DNA of 54,363 bases from an uncultured Chroococcidiopsis sp. (GCA_964248365.1 CAXTYC010000014.1:1-54363), one strand, 5' to 3'; positions 44,825 through 54,363 are shown, numbered from the stretch's first letter. The notes: a model not told the origin generated them from the letters alone. Numbers and translations: made by a program.

Positions 44825-45029
44825 ATAAATGAGGGGCTAGGGGCTAGAGGCTAGGGGCTAGGATAAAGGGTGAAGAGGTGTTGCGGTAAAGGGAAAAGGA
44901 AAAGGTTGAAGGATGTTCCCTTAGTTGCCGTCGGCGCGCAGTTGTTGGCTAAAGGCAAAAAGATTAAATTTCATACTTCATACTTCACACTTTATACTTC
45001 CAACGAAATACTTTATACTTCATACTTAT

Positions 45030-46727
45030 CTAGCCCCCAGCCCCTATTTGAAAGGCTTCGGCGATTGGTCCTAGTGCTAGGACGGGGAAGAAGGTTAGTA
45101 CTCCTAAGATGAGAATTACTCCGGCTGTGACAGATGTAAATAGCAGTGTGTCTGTTCTGAGAGTTCCTACGGTTTCGGGTACTGGTTGTTTGCGTGCCAT
45201 GCCATCTGCTAATAGTAGTAGGGCAACTATTGGTAGATAGCGTCCTGCTAAAAGTGGGACAAGACAGCTCAGATTCCACCACAAGGCTGTTGGTGCGGGT
45301 TGAACGTTGCCTAAGCCAGCTAAACCAGACCCATTATTGGCGGCAGCTGAGGTATACTCGTAGACTACTTGGGAAATACCGTGAAAACCAGGATTGCTAA
45401 TTCCCGCTAGGAAGTTGGGAAAACCTAACGCGATCGCGCTGGGAATCAAAATTACAATTGGATGGACGAGCAGGATAACGCTAGCTAAAACAATTTCCCG
45501 CTTCTCGATTTTGCGCCCCAAAAACTCTGGGGTACGTCCCACCATCAAACCAGTTAGAAATACGCTCAAAATCAGATAAATAAATAAGTAAGCTGTCCCA
45601 GTTCCCTGACCGCCCCAAACCATCTGCACGAACATATTGAATAGAGCCGAAAAAAGTCCTGGTGGCATCAGGGAATCATGCATTCCGTTGACTGCACCGC
45701 ACATTGTCCCCGTAGTTAAAACTGCCCATAGTGCTGTTTGAGCCCAACCAAATCGAACTTCTTTACCTTCTAAATTGGGTTGGTCGCCAATTAAATTGTT
45801 AACTTGCGGGTTGCCTTGATATTCACCGGAGGCAGTTATAACCACTAGCACCACAAAGATGATAAATACCATCCAAAATAATAACCATCCCTGTTTTTTG
45901 TTTCTAGCAAAGATGCTATAGGTAAAAATTAGGGCGGCTGGGATAGCAACCATTCCAATAGTTTCTAGCAAATTAGTAAAAGCATTGGGATTTTCAAATG
46001 GGTGAGCGGAGTTGACGCCAAAAAAGCCGCCGCCATTTTCTCCTAGTTGTTTGATACTTTCAAAATGAGCAACTGGGCCTCTGGCTATAACTTGAGTTGC
46101 TCCTTCTAATGTTGTGGCTGTGGCTGGACCTGCTAAGGTTTCTGGTACACCTGCAATCAGCAACAACAAAGCACCTACTATTGAAAATGGTAGTAAAATT
46201 CTGGTAATTGAGCGAACTAAGTCAACATAAAAGTGGCCTATTGGTCTACCCGTTAAACCTCGAATAAAAGCAATTCCTACTGCTAAACCAGTTGCTGCTG
46301 AGGTAAACATATGATAACCAAGAGCTAGCATTTGACTGCCATAACTTAGGGTTGTCTCACCTGAATAATGCTGCTGGTCAGTATTAGTAATGAATGAAAT
46401 AGTAGTGTGCAGCGCTGTATCCCAAGTAGGCGCACCTAATTTTGTTGGATTCAAGGGTAGCCATTGCTGATTCATAATAATGAAAAAGACTAAAATACCC
46501 ATGAAAAGGTTGCTGTATAGTATAGCCCCGATATACTGCCAACCTGTCATGTTATCTTTGGCACGGACACCACCCAAAGCATAGATAATTCGCTCGATAG
46601 AGTTGATTATCGGGTCAAGTAGCGTCTTTTCTCCCAAGAAAACACGCGCTATGTATCTTCCAAAAAAAGGAGCGATCGCTACTAAAATAACCAATGTTAA
46701 TGCAATCTGAAAAAATTCTTGCCACAT
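45030..46727 (-). CDS. kdpA: K+-transporting ATPase subunit A
   Basis: [48 protein letters not shown]. Confidence 0.97.
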   Translation of the reverse strand: MWQEFFQIALTLVILVAIAPFFGRYIARVFLGEKTLLDPIINSIERIIYALGGVRAKDNMTGWQYIGAILYSNLFMGILVFFIIMNQQWLPLNPTKLGAPTWDTALHTTISFITNTDQQHYSGETTLSYGSQMLALGYHMFTSAATGLAVGIAFIRGLTGRPIGHFYVDLVRSITRILLPFSIVGALLLLIAGVPETLAGPATATTLEGATQVIARGPVAHFESIKQLGENGGGFFGVNSAHPFENPNAFTNLLETIGMVAIPAALIFTYSIFARNKKQGWLLFWMVFIIFVVLVVITASGEYQGNPQVNNLIGDQPNLEGKEVRFGWAQTALWAVLTTGTMCGAVNGMHDSLMPPGLFSALFNMFVQMVWGGQGTGTAYLFIYLILSVFLTGLMVGRTPEFLGRKIEKREIVLASVILLVHPIVILIPSAIALGFPNFLAGISNPGFHGISQVVYEYTSAAANNGSGLAGLGNVQPAPTALWWNLSCLVPLLAGRYLPIVALLLLADGMARKQPVPETVGTLRTDTLLFTSVTAGVILILGVLTFFPVLALGPIAEAFQIGAGG

Positions 46728-47132
46728 ACATCATTAGCTTTTGCAAAGTATTACGCTTCAAGTTTTAGCCCTACGCCGATACACTTGATTCTACCTGGTA
46801 GTTTTAATGAGTTTAACTGCTTTGCCATCCGGCATTCTAGAATACTATACCTATTTGAATGCTGAGGAGCAACATAGCTCAAAATACTTGCTCCTGATTA
46901 AATATTCTAATTTTTTCCCCAGTTTTGCAACCCGTAAAAGTTATAAATTTGTATTGAATGTTGAGATTTGATTATATAACTTACCATATAAACAAAAAAC
47001 ATCACGCTTAAACAAATGACAGCAAGATATATATATGAAGATATATTTTTGTTCTAAACGCTAATTGAATGTTTATTTTTCTGAAAAGTGAAGATAGGCT
47101 AATAGTAATCTTTTGTCTTACATCAAAAGACT

Positions 47133-47254
47133 AGACTTCTGGCATGAAGTCTTTTATACGTACCACAAGAAGGGTTAATTATACCATAAATATTTATTTT
47201 TGCACAAATATCTTAATTAAACCCTTGCTACCAATATACTCGTGCAAGAGGTCT
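47133..47254. mobile_element. Degenerate MITE with the same end family as 30352-30508
   Basis: TAGACTTCTGGCATGA ... TCGTGCAAGAGGTCTA (13/16 match); flanks ACT/AGT. Confidence 0.6.
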
Positions 47255-47289
47255 AGTGATTTTGTAGCAAGTCCAGATAATATATCTAG

Positions 47290-48402
47290 ATGTGGCTTAC
47301 CGTCTTGAAGCGCCAGAATATTTCAGTAACTAAAAATTTGGCTGGGCGATCGCTATGGCTAATCATTAGCCTGTTTACCTTCGTCGTGGTGCTGGAGTTT
47401 TTCACTCCTGTAAATTGCGTATTTGGTTATCTCTACACTGGACCAATTTTACTAGCAACATCCCGTCAAGGTCGAGCAGCAACATTTTATACCACTTTAG
47501 TAGCAGTGGTATTAACGATTGTAAACTTATGGATACCAGGGGGTGAGGCGATTTCACCCTCAACCGTAGCTAATAGATTGATTGCAGCGATGGCGTTGAT
47601 CGTAACAGGAATTTTAAGCGATCGCAATTCTGGCTATGAACAGGCGATCGCCCAACAGCAAGCAAAATTGCAAGCGCAAGACAAGATCGCTCTTGTGAGA
47701 GAAGATTTCGCCTCTACATTAACCCACGATCTCAAAACACCCCTACTAGGTGCAATTGAGACACTCAAGGCTTTCGAGCAAGAAAAATTTGGTGCAATTA
47801 CACCAACCCATCATAAAGTATTGGCAACAATGATCCGCTCTCATCAATCTACCCTGCAACTGGTAGAAACTCTGTTGGATGTCTACCGCAATGATATAGA
47901 AGGATTAAAATTACACTTAGAACCAGTTAATTTAGTTGGTATTGCCAACGAAGCGATCGCGTTGCTGACAGATTTAGCCTCATCTCGTTCGGTATATATT
48001 AGTTTAGGTTTTGGCGAATCTGACTTTCGTCGTGCTTTATGGGTAAGCGGTGATGCGCTACAACTCCAGCGTGTTTTTATTAACTTACTAACCAATGGCA
48101 TTAATCATTCTCTACGCGGTGGTAGAGTTGAAGTCGTGTTTGAGTCCAATGGCAAATATCATCTGGTGAAGGTGTTGGACAATGGGTTAGGAATTACAGC
48201 CGAACAATTACCGCACTTATTTGAGCGATTTTACCAAGGACACGATCGCTCGGCTAAAGGTTCTGGTTTAGGTTTATATTTAACTCGTCAAATTATCGCA
48301 GCGCATGGCGGTACAATTTGGGCAGAGAATCGTTCGCCACAGGGCGCACTATTCGGATTTCGATTACCAGTCAAGCCGTTTCAATTGTTTTCGTCTGCTT
48401 AA
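47290..48402 (+). CDS. Membrane-bound sensor histidine kinase, divergent from kdpA
   Basis: Four TM helices, H-box THDLKTPL, NLLTNG, DNGLG, GSGLGL. Confidence 0.93.
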   Translation: MWLTVLKRQNISVTKNLAGRSLWLIISLFTFVVVLEFFTPVNCVFGYLYTGPILLATSRQGRAATFYTTLVAVVLTIVNLWIPGGEAISPSTVANRLIAAMALIVTGILSDRNSGYEQAIAQQQAKLQAQDKIALVREDFASTLTHDLKTPLLGAIETLKAFEQEKFGAITPTHHKVLATMIRSHQSTLQLVETLLDVYRNDIEGLKLHLEPVNLVGIANEAIALLTDLASSRSVYISLGFGESDFRRALWVSGDALQLQRVFINLLTNGINHSLRGGRVEVVFESNGKYHLVKVLDNGLGITAEQLPHLFERFYQGHDRSAKGSGLGLYLTRQIIAAHGGTIWAENRSPQGALFGFRLPVKPFQLFSSA

Positions 48403-48403
48403 A

Positions 48404-49090
48404 ATGTCCCCTGTTTCCTTGCGACTTTTACTTGTTGAAGATGATGAACTTTTTCGCCTTGGTTTGCACGTAAAATTGCAACAACAGCCAGATTTAGAAA
48501 TTGTCGCTGAGGCTGAGGATGGTGAGGAAGCAGTAGAAATAGTAAAGCGCTATCGGTTGGATGTTGTGATTTTAGATATAGGGCTACCTGGAATTGGTGG
48601 AATTGAGGCTTGTCGTCAGATCAAGCAGCAAAATCCCAAATTACCAGTTTTAGTGTTAACTTCCCATTCCCAAAAGTCTTTAATTACCAAATTAATTGAA
48701 GTGGGAGCAAGTGGCTACTGCTTGAAAGGTATTCCCGCAGAAACTTTGATATTAGCAATTCGCTCAGTTGCGGCTGGTGCTTCCTGGTGGGATCAAACTG
48801 CAACTACCCAGATTCGCGCTACGTTTGAGAATTCCGTTGCTAGTGATACAGCAGTCGATGAGTCAAATTTACCACTGACACGGCGCGAACAAGAAATTCT
48901 TGCTTTAATCGCAGCAGGTAAGTCAAATCAAGAGATTGCAGAAATTTTGTACATTACCCCAGGTACAGTTAGGGTACACGTTCATACAATTATACAAAAG
49001 CTAGGGGTACGCGATCGCACTCAAGCTGCCCTTTTGGCGATTCAAAAAAAGTGGGTAGCGGCGGAATTGTTATCTAATCGGGATGATTAA
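48404..49090 (+). CDS. NarL/LuxR-family response regulator
   Basis: LLVEDD, LDIGLPG, HTH LTRREQEIL..GKSNQEIA; ATG 48404 follows the kinase stop. Confidence 0.93.
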   Translation: MSPVSLRLLLVEDDELFRLGLHVKLQQQPDLEIVAEAEDGEEAVEIVKRYRLDVVILDIGLPGIGGIEACRQIKQQNPKLPVLVLTSHSQKSLITKLIEVGASGYCLKGIPAETLILAIRSVAAGASWWDQTATTQIRATFENSVASDTAVDESNLPLTRREQEILALIAAGKSNQEIAEILYITPGTVRVHVHTIIQKLGVRDRTQAALLAIQKKWVAAELLSNRDD

Positions 49091-49384
49091 ATTTATCTTG
49101 CCCTCATTGGTTTACTTCTATCGTTGGCATCCACGTTACTAATGCTCTCAAACTCTGCCCCCCTACGATCTCCCATCCATCGCTCATGAAAACTGGCAGC
49201 GATCGCCTATATACAGCATCTTGTTATCTACCATAGCAAAATATACAGCTGGGCATTTATGATCACGGCAATGCAAATGGATTTATCGCCTAGTGTGCTT
49301 GTTGCCAGCGATCTATTTGCCATTTATCATAAAAGTGATTGACGTATTGATGCTCGGACAACTAGTTGACGGTTTTATAAAGAT

Positions 49385-49603
49385 ATGGCAGGCAGGAAAA
49401 AGCTCGATCGCAAACAAATGCAAGCTCGCGTGGCAGAAGAAACACCTAACAAATTACACGAAATAGCTGCTGCTCTGGGGTATCTTTATGGCTCTGGCGC
49501 TTCTATCGGTACTTTCCTTGACGCAATAGCTGATAGAAAGCTCGTAGTAATTCCAGAGGAAGTTTGGAAGAAATTAGTTAATAAATCTTCTAAAAGTGGT
49601 TGA
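49385..49603 (+). CDS. Small basic protein, putative ribbon-helix-helix (CopG/Arc-like) DNA binder
   Basis: MAGRKK, strand-like QMQARV, two helical segments; fold inferred. Confidence 0.6.
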   Translation: MAGRKKLDRKQMQARVAEETPNKLHEIAAALGYLYGSGASIGTFLDAIADRKLVVIPEEVWKKLVNKSSKSG

Positions 49604-49628
49604 TATTTGCTATCACCTGCGGTAAAAT
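49600..49628 (+). promoter_or_regulatory. Sigma70-type sense promoter
   Basis: TTGATA-N17-TAAAAT. Confidence 0.55.
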
Positions 49629-49637
49629 ATAGACATC

Positions 49638-49704
49638 AAAAAGCACTTGGTTTCGTGCCTGAGAAACATCAAACCAAGTGCTGTGTCGCTTATAGGATTG
49701 ACAC
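49638..49704 (-). ncRNA. Predicted cis-antisense small RNA
   Basis: Minus-strand promoter at 49711-49740; stem AGCACTTGGTTT/AAACCAAGTGCT ending in a 5-T run on the minus strand. Confidence 0.5.
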
Positions 49705-50417
49705 ACATCAATTCTACCCAACACTCAACCTCGATTGCAACTAACTGGGCTAATTGCAAGGAAGATATTGCTAACCGGATACACGAGCGTAACCGCCGCC
49801 GCATTAAGGATGCTTTAGCAGATGGATGTGATTACCTGCGCCTGTCGAAGATCTTGCGCGGTGACACCTTTAAGAAAGAGTTAGAATCGATTGGCAAGAG
49901 TGCAGCCGAAGCAATGAAATACGCCAAGCTGTATCAGGTATTTGCTGGTTTTTCAATTGAATCTCTCGCAAGAGTTTCCCTCCCTACCTTGTTCGCTCTG
50001 TGTCAGAAACGATATCAACAGCTGGTGGTAAAGCTGCGATCGCTTCCTCCTCAAACCGAAGTGCAAATACAACAGCTGATGGCACAAAAGCGGGAACAGC
50101 AAAAAGCCGACAAGCCAAAGCGCGAGCGTAGCGGATTGATAAATCTTCCTTCCGGTGGTCGCGCTTTTCAATTTCCCCTGCTGCACGACGACGAAGTGAT
50201 TGCAAAGGTGTTGCGCTTGTTGGAGTACAGGGAAGATCTCACCCCAGTTCAATTATTAGGGGAAGCGATCGCGTTGTTATTCGAGCAAGAAGATCGGGTG
50301 CAGCGTCGTAAGCAACACCTGTATAAAGACTACCATCAGGGCGCTCAGCGCCTAAAAGACTGGCAGCATAACGCTAGGGTGTTGCAACGAGCAAAAGACG
50401 AAGGGATGATAACGTGA
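49698..50417 (+). CDS. Hypothetical helical protein (~237-240 aa), start uncertain
   Basis: Long open frame. Candidate starts are TTG 49698 or ATC 49707 (9 nt after AGGA); the ORF-track start at 49647 lies inside the hairpin. Confidence 0.7.
   Translation: MTHINSTQHSTSIATNWANCKEDIANRIHERNRRRIKDALADGCDYLRLSKILRGDTFKKELESIGKSAAEAMKYAKLYQVFAGFSIESLARVSLPTLFALCQKRYQQLVVKLRSLPPQTEVQIQQLMAQKREQQKADKPKRERSGLINLPSGGRAFQFPLLHDDEVIAKVLRLLEYREDLTPVQLLGEAIALLFEQEDRVQRRKQHLYKDYHQGAQRLKDWQHNARVLQRAKDEGMIT
49711..49740 (-). promoter_or_regulatory. Antisense sigma70-type promoter inside the 5' coding region
   Basis: Minus strand reads TTGCAA-N18-TAGAAT. Confidence 0.55.
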
Positions 50418-50497
50418 ATACAAAACAGTTTTATAAGAATGCCTAATCACGTACAGGCGATTCGAGAATTTAAGCTTTTAATGGGTACTAGCTTCCA

Positions 50498-50681
50498 ATG
50501 AGTTTATACGAGCAAGACTTTGACCAATGGACGCAACAAACCGCTTACTTTCTCAAGCACGCCAAAGAAGGAGGAACTCGACTCGGATGCGTTGATTGAG
50601 GAGATAGAAACATTGGAAAGAAGTGAGAAAAGATGCGTAAGCGCCCAAGTGAAGCGTAGTTATCGCGCACAGAACCGTTAA
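50498..50681 (+). pseudogene. DUF29 family N-terminal remnant
   Basis: MSLYEQDFDQWTQQTAYFLK, then frameshifted EELDSDALIEEIETLERSEKR; truncated. Confidence 0.8.
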
Positions 50682-50873
50682 CTTAGGACGATCCTTTCCA
50701 ACACCAGGAACAATGAAGGGGCATTTCCACCCCTAGACGAGCCATTTTTGTAAGAACTCTTTTGTAACTGTTCATAAAAATATTCAATTGATTTCACCTA
50801 CCTGATCCAAGTGCAGCTAAGCTTACTCTCGTGATTCACGTAAACAACACTGCTGCAAAAGAGGTATTGACAA

Positions 50874-51812
50874 ATGGCATATGTAATTGCAAGTGCCAAT
50901 ATGAAAGGAGGCGTTGGCAAAACAACCCTCAGTGTTAACCTAGCTACTTGTTTAGCCAAAGAGCATGGTAAACGAGTTCTCATTTTTGATTTGGATACTC
51001 AAATCAGTGCCACTCTTAGCTTGATGGCTCCTACTGAATTTGCTAACTATAGAAAAAGGAAACGGACTTTAAAGCATTTAATCAACCAAGTTATTCAACC
51101 AAATCCTCATTCCAAGATTACTATTCACGATGCAATTTATCCCTCGGTATGTAAAATAAACAATTTGGATTTATTGCCAGGAGATATTGAGCTTTATGAT
51201 GAATTTGTTGTAGCCCAAATGCTTCATGAAAAAGCCTTTGAAGTAGATAGGTTAGACTTTGAAGTTGTGTGGAATCGGTTTGAAAGAACCTTAATCAGGC
51301 AAATCTTACAGCCGATTATGCACAACTATGATTGCATTATTTTGGATTGCGCCCCTGGGTATAATCTCATGACTCGTAGCGCTCTGGCAGCCAGCGATTT
51401 TTATATCCTGCCTGCCAAGCCTGAACCATTATCAATTGTGGGAATTCAGCTATTAGAAAGACGCATTGCTGACTTGAAAAAAAGCCATGAAGCTGAGGAA
51501 AAAATCGGTATTCAATTAATAGGAATTGTCTTTACTATGGCTGGCAACTTGTTTACAGGTAGATACCAGCGGCAAGTTATGCAGCGAATTAATCAAGATT
51601 TTGTTGCTGACAAAATTTTTAAAACTCAAATACCAATGGATGTGAACGTAGCAAAAGCAGTTGATGGTTTTATGCCTGTTGTTTTGAGTAATCCTCAGTC
51701 AGCTGGGGCGAAATCATTCTCACAGTTAACTCTTGAGTTTTTACAAAAGTTGAATACTGCTGCTGAAAATAAACCCCAACAAGCTAACCAAAACTTTGCC
51801 ACAATCAGTTAG
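50874..51812 (+). CDS. ParA/Soj family ATPase (orphan)
   Basis: Deviant Walker A KGGVGKTT, DLDTQ, ILDCAPG. Confidence 0.92.
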   Translation: MAYVIASANMKGGVGKTTLSVNLATCLAKEHGKRVLIFDLDTQISATLSLMAPTEFANYRKRKRTLKHLINQVIQPNPHSKITIHDAIYPSVCKINNLDLLPGDIELYDEFVVAQMLHEKAFEVDRLDFEVVWNRFERTLIRQILQPIMHNYDCIILDCAPGYNLMTRSALAASDFYILPAKPEPLSIVGIQLLERRIADLKKSHEAEEKIGIQLIGIVFTMAGNLFTGRYQRQVMQRINQDFVADKIFKTQIPMDVNVAKAVDGFMPVVLSNPQSAGAKSFSQLTLEFLQKLNTAAENKPQQANQNFATIS

Positions 51813-51896
51813 TCAACTCTCTTCTTAGGGGAATTAAGAAGGTAAGCTAATCCTCATTCCCTTTGCGAATGTGTAGGGTGTTCGCGGCGAAGCCTA

Positions 51897-51996
51897 ATAC
51901 CATTTGTCCATATTGCACTTTTTACAATCCCCCAACCCCCGAAATTCGGAGGCTAGGGGGATCGCTTTTTGTGGCATCATCTAGGAAAATTGGTAT
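51897..51996. mobile_element. ~100-bp MITE-like element with internal GC hairpin
   Basis: ATACCATTTGTCC ... GGAAAATTGGTAT (11/13 match); internal ATCCCCC..GGGGGAT stem. Confidence 0.55.
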
Positions 51997-52069
51997 AACG
52001 CACCTGGTGGTTCGTTTTCGGTGCATTAGTGTTTGGAAAATCTTGATTTTAAGTCGGATGTAACAAGGA

Positions 52070-52639
52070 TTACTTTATATTAGTGCCGTGAATGTGATGA
52101 TTTAGTAGTGTTTGAAGGCGATCGCCATCGAGAATTGCTATCCCATCGGGATCATTGTTGAAGTAAACGTATACATCAATACCCAGACCCAAAAACGAAG
52201 AGATATGAGTTGCCCAGGTAGACAATTCTGATTCACTATAGCCAGTCCCAAACTGACGAGTGTGCATACGAATGTAAGTCCAAGGAGCAGTTAGACGAAT
52301 ATCCAACGGCACATCTGGGCGTGGGGTCAAGCACAAGGCTACGCCTGCACGTTATAGTAGGTTGTATACTTGAGCAATTAGCCAACTGGGGTGAAGCTAG
52401 CGACTACCTTTGACCGCGAAAACAAAACCGAATGGGGTTTGCGATCGGCAATTTTCAAATACAGCCCTCTGGGGCAGACGGTAGAAGGAAAAGTTGACTT
52501 CTAGGGTGGTAAAATGCTGGGCATAAAAGGGCAATTGCTGGTTATGAGGCAGTTGTGCTGGATAGAAAAGATTCATCCAGTGCTTGTAAACCCATCCACT
52601 TGTACCAAACCACAACTGGGGAGATAAGCTGTTATGCAT
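52070..52639 (-). pseudogene. DUF72 family protein with two in-frame stops and an internal deletion
   Basis: GTSGW, EVNFSFYRLP and FAVKGSR* run directly into HPSW, then YIRMH and YVYFNND, all in one frame. Confidence 0.85.
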
Positions 52640-52668
52640 TCCCCTGGGATATCTAGCTAAAGGGGTGG

Positions 52669-53685
52669 CTAAATTAGTCTGTCCTTGAATGCCCCAGCTG
52701 CAAACGCTCCTAATGCTACAACTCCAAGGGCGATCGCTCCCCACTTGGCACTCGGATGAGTCTCCAACCAAGTAGAAACGCTTGGCTGTGTTTTTTGGCT
52801 AAAATCTCCCTCAACTTTGTCAAAGCCTGCGATCGGTGCAAATAAGTTATCTGGGGCATCTTCCGGCTTCGGCTGACTAGTTTTCTGCCCGTTAAAGCCC
52901 GTAAACAACATAAAAGCATCCATCAGCGCAGGTGAAAGCCGCTGAGTGAAATACATGAATTGTCCTGCTTCACCAACTACGATGTCACGCAGAGGATGTT
53001 CAGCAACGTAGAGAATTGCTTCTGCTACAGCTCGTGGCGAATAGATAGGCGGAAGTCCCTGCGGTTTCACACCCAATTTGGTGCGAGATTTATTAAACAG
53101 AGGTGTGTTAATCGAGGCTGGCATCACATTGGTGACGCTAATGGGCAATTTCTCATGCATCAACTCAACCCGTAAGGCTTCCAGAAAGCCATCAATTCCA
53201 TGCTTACCTGCTGCGTAGGCACTGTGATATGGAAGACTTCGCTTAGCCTCGACCGAGGAGACATGAATCAGCGCTCCCCGTCCTTCTCGTTTGAGATGAG
53301 GTAAAGCTGCCATTGCCCCATGTACTTGTCCGATCAAATTTACATCGACGACGCGCTTAAACTCCTCTGGCGTTGTCTGCTCAAACGTAGCGTAGAGGTT
53401 GACAGCGGCACAGTGTACCCAAGTATCGAGCCGTCCATATATCTCGATTGCCTTGTCTGCGATCGCTCTGACCTGCTCAAACTCTGACACATCGGCGGTT
53501 ATAGCGGTTGCCTCACCTCCAAAGCCTTTGATCTCATCTTCTAAGGATTTTAGCCCAGGCTCACTGCGAGCAGAAACTACTACCTTTGTTCCCCGCTTGG
53601 CAAAATCAAGAGCAGTTTCTCGTCCGATGCCACTGGAAGCTCCTACGACTGCAACAACTTGCTGGTTTATTGGCTTGAGTCGCAT
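52669..53685 (-). CDS. SDR family oxidoreductase with C-terminal hydrophobic tail
   Basis: GASSGIG, YAAGK, PASINTP, DNLFAP. Confidence 0.93.
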   Translation of the reverse strand: MRLKPINQQVVAVVGASSGIGRETALDFAKRGTKVVVSARSEPGLKSLEDEIKGFGGEATAITADVSEFEQVRAIADKAIEIYGRLDTWVHCAAVNLYATFEQTTPEEFKRVVDVNLIGQVHGAMAALPHLKREGRGALIHVSSVEAKRSLPYHSAYAAGKHGIDGFLEALRVELMHEKLPISVTNVMPASINTPLFNKSRTKLGVKPQGLPPIYSPRAVAEAILYVAEHPLRDIVVGEAGQFMYFTQRLSPALMDAFMLFTGFNGQKTSQPKPEDAPDNLFAPIAGFDKVEGDFSQKTQPSVSTWLETHPSAKWGAIALGVVALGAFAAGAFKDRLI

Positions 53686-53758
53686 TTCTACTACTCCTTA
53701 GAAATGTGCAAAAACTAAATCATTCGTCACTGGTTCCACTAACTGTATAGATATGATT

Positions 53759-53789
53759 TCTCGTTACCAAGCTCAGCCTGGTAACGAGA
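53759..53789. repeat. REP-like hairpin
   Basis: TCTCGTTACCA-AGCTCAGCC-TGGTAACGAGA; related core CCAGGCTGAGCCAGG near 24541. Confidence 0.65.
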
Positions 53790-53830
53790 GGAAATTTTTC
53801 AGTTTTTCTCTAACAAGAGCTTGCTAGTTT

Positions 53831-54363
53831 TTAATATCTACTGCCAGTACGAGTTGTCTCATTTGGGTCTCGGTAAAGCTGGGGTTCTTCGCGCTTACGT
53901 AGACCTGCTAGACCCGCTAGACCAAGCAAGCCTAGCCAGCCCCAATTAAAACCGCGATCGCGTTCTGTATTATTAGTTCCTTGAGAAGTATTGGTCGTGG
54001 TGTCTGTACCTGTTGTTCCAGTGCCTGTTGTTCCAGTGCCTGTTGTTCCAGTGCCTGTTGTTCCAGTACCTGTTGTTCCAGTGCTTGTGGTGTCTGTACC
54101 TGTTGTTCCAGTGCCTGTTGTTCCAGTACCTGTGGTATCTGTACCTGTTGTTCCAGTGCCTGTCGTGCCTGTACCTGTACCTGTTCCAATGCCACCAGTG
54201 CCTGTTGTGCCTGTACCTGTTCCAATGCCACCAGTGCCTGTGCCTGTTGTGCCTGTTGTGCCTGTACCCGTTCCAATGCCACCAGTGCCTGTGCCTGTTG
54301 TGCCTGTACCTGTTGTGCCTGTACCTGTTCCAATGCCACCAGTGCCTGTGCCTGTTGTGCCTG
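53831..54363 (-). CDS. Gly/Thr-repeat protein with WGxxGxxG-type C-terminal sorting motif (5' end outside window)
   Basis: Frame reads (GTTGT)n...RDRGFNWGWLGLLGLAGLAGLRKREEPQLYRDPNETTRTGSRY*; missing from the ORF track. Confidence 0.85.
   Translation of the reverse strand, partial: GTTGTGTGGIGTGTGTTGTGTTGTGTGGIGTGTGTTGTTGTGTGGIGTGTGTTGTGGIGTGTGTGTTGTGTTGTDTTGTGTTGTGTTGTDTTSTGTTGTGTTGTGTTGTGTTGTGTTGTDTTTNTSQGTNNTERDRGFNWGWLGLLGLAGLAGLRKREEPQLYRDPNETTRTGSRY

Noticed and set aside
46750..46830. 25-aa minus-strand ORF (MAKQLNSLKL...) as kdpF
   Set aside because: Not hydrophobic and lacks the PE(R/K)F ending.
46740..47130. c-di-AMP (ydaO) riboswitch before kdpA
   Set aside because: Only short stems seen; consensus elements not recognised.
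48305..48403. Longer start for the response regulator
   Set aside because: Overlaps the kinase 3' end; the receiver domain begins after ATG 48404.
49100..49205. Minus-strand LPVFMSDGW as an IS1-like transposase scrap
   Set aside because: Too short; no ends or further motifs. Would need BLASTx.
50874..51812. ParA as the partition gene of an integrated plasmid or prophage
   Set aside because: No parB, integrase, att site or tRNA nearby; looks like an orphan chromosomal ParA.
53932..54339. 135-aa Gln/Ala-rich ORF in the track
   Set aside because: Alternate frame of the minisatellite; the Gly/Thr frame carries the recognisable C-terminal motif.
53995..54363. Repeat array as CRISPR
   Set aside because: Contiguous codon-multiple units without unique spacers; no cas genes.

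Overview
A cyanobacterial chromosomal segment, judged from the many HIP1 GCGATCGC octamers, the photosynthesis genes and the heptamer tandem repeats. Intact housekeeping genes are the psbD 5' end, ycf4, a cyclophilin, two FabF-type synthases, ilvC, tkt-fabF-acpP, an HdrB-like gene, ispH, amt (with NtcA boxes), purE, nagA, chlM, a helical carotenoid protein, egtC-egtB-egtD, anmK and kdpA-B-G-C-D with a divergent two-component pair. Between them lie about ten decayed accessory genes, several MITE/REP-like elements and STRR arrays, some inserted in frame into genes. Best candidates for undescribed systems: (1) a cassette at 49.4-50.4 kb with a small CopG/Arc-like gene, convergent promoters predicting a ~67-nt cis-antisense RNA with its own terminator over the RBS, and an unknown protein; (2) a translationally coupled TPR-AAA+ ATPase (Vps4-like motifs) plus TPR-membrane protein; (3) a decayed kinase-TM-VIT-vWA-PEP-CTERM fusion; (4) a structured leader before a stand-alone MHYT gene. 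No CRISPR array, rRNA or tRNA was seen. All family assignments come from motif recognition by eye, not database searches.
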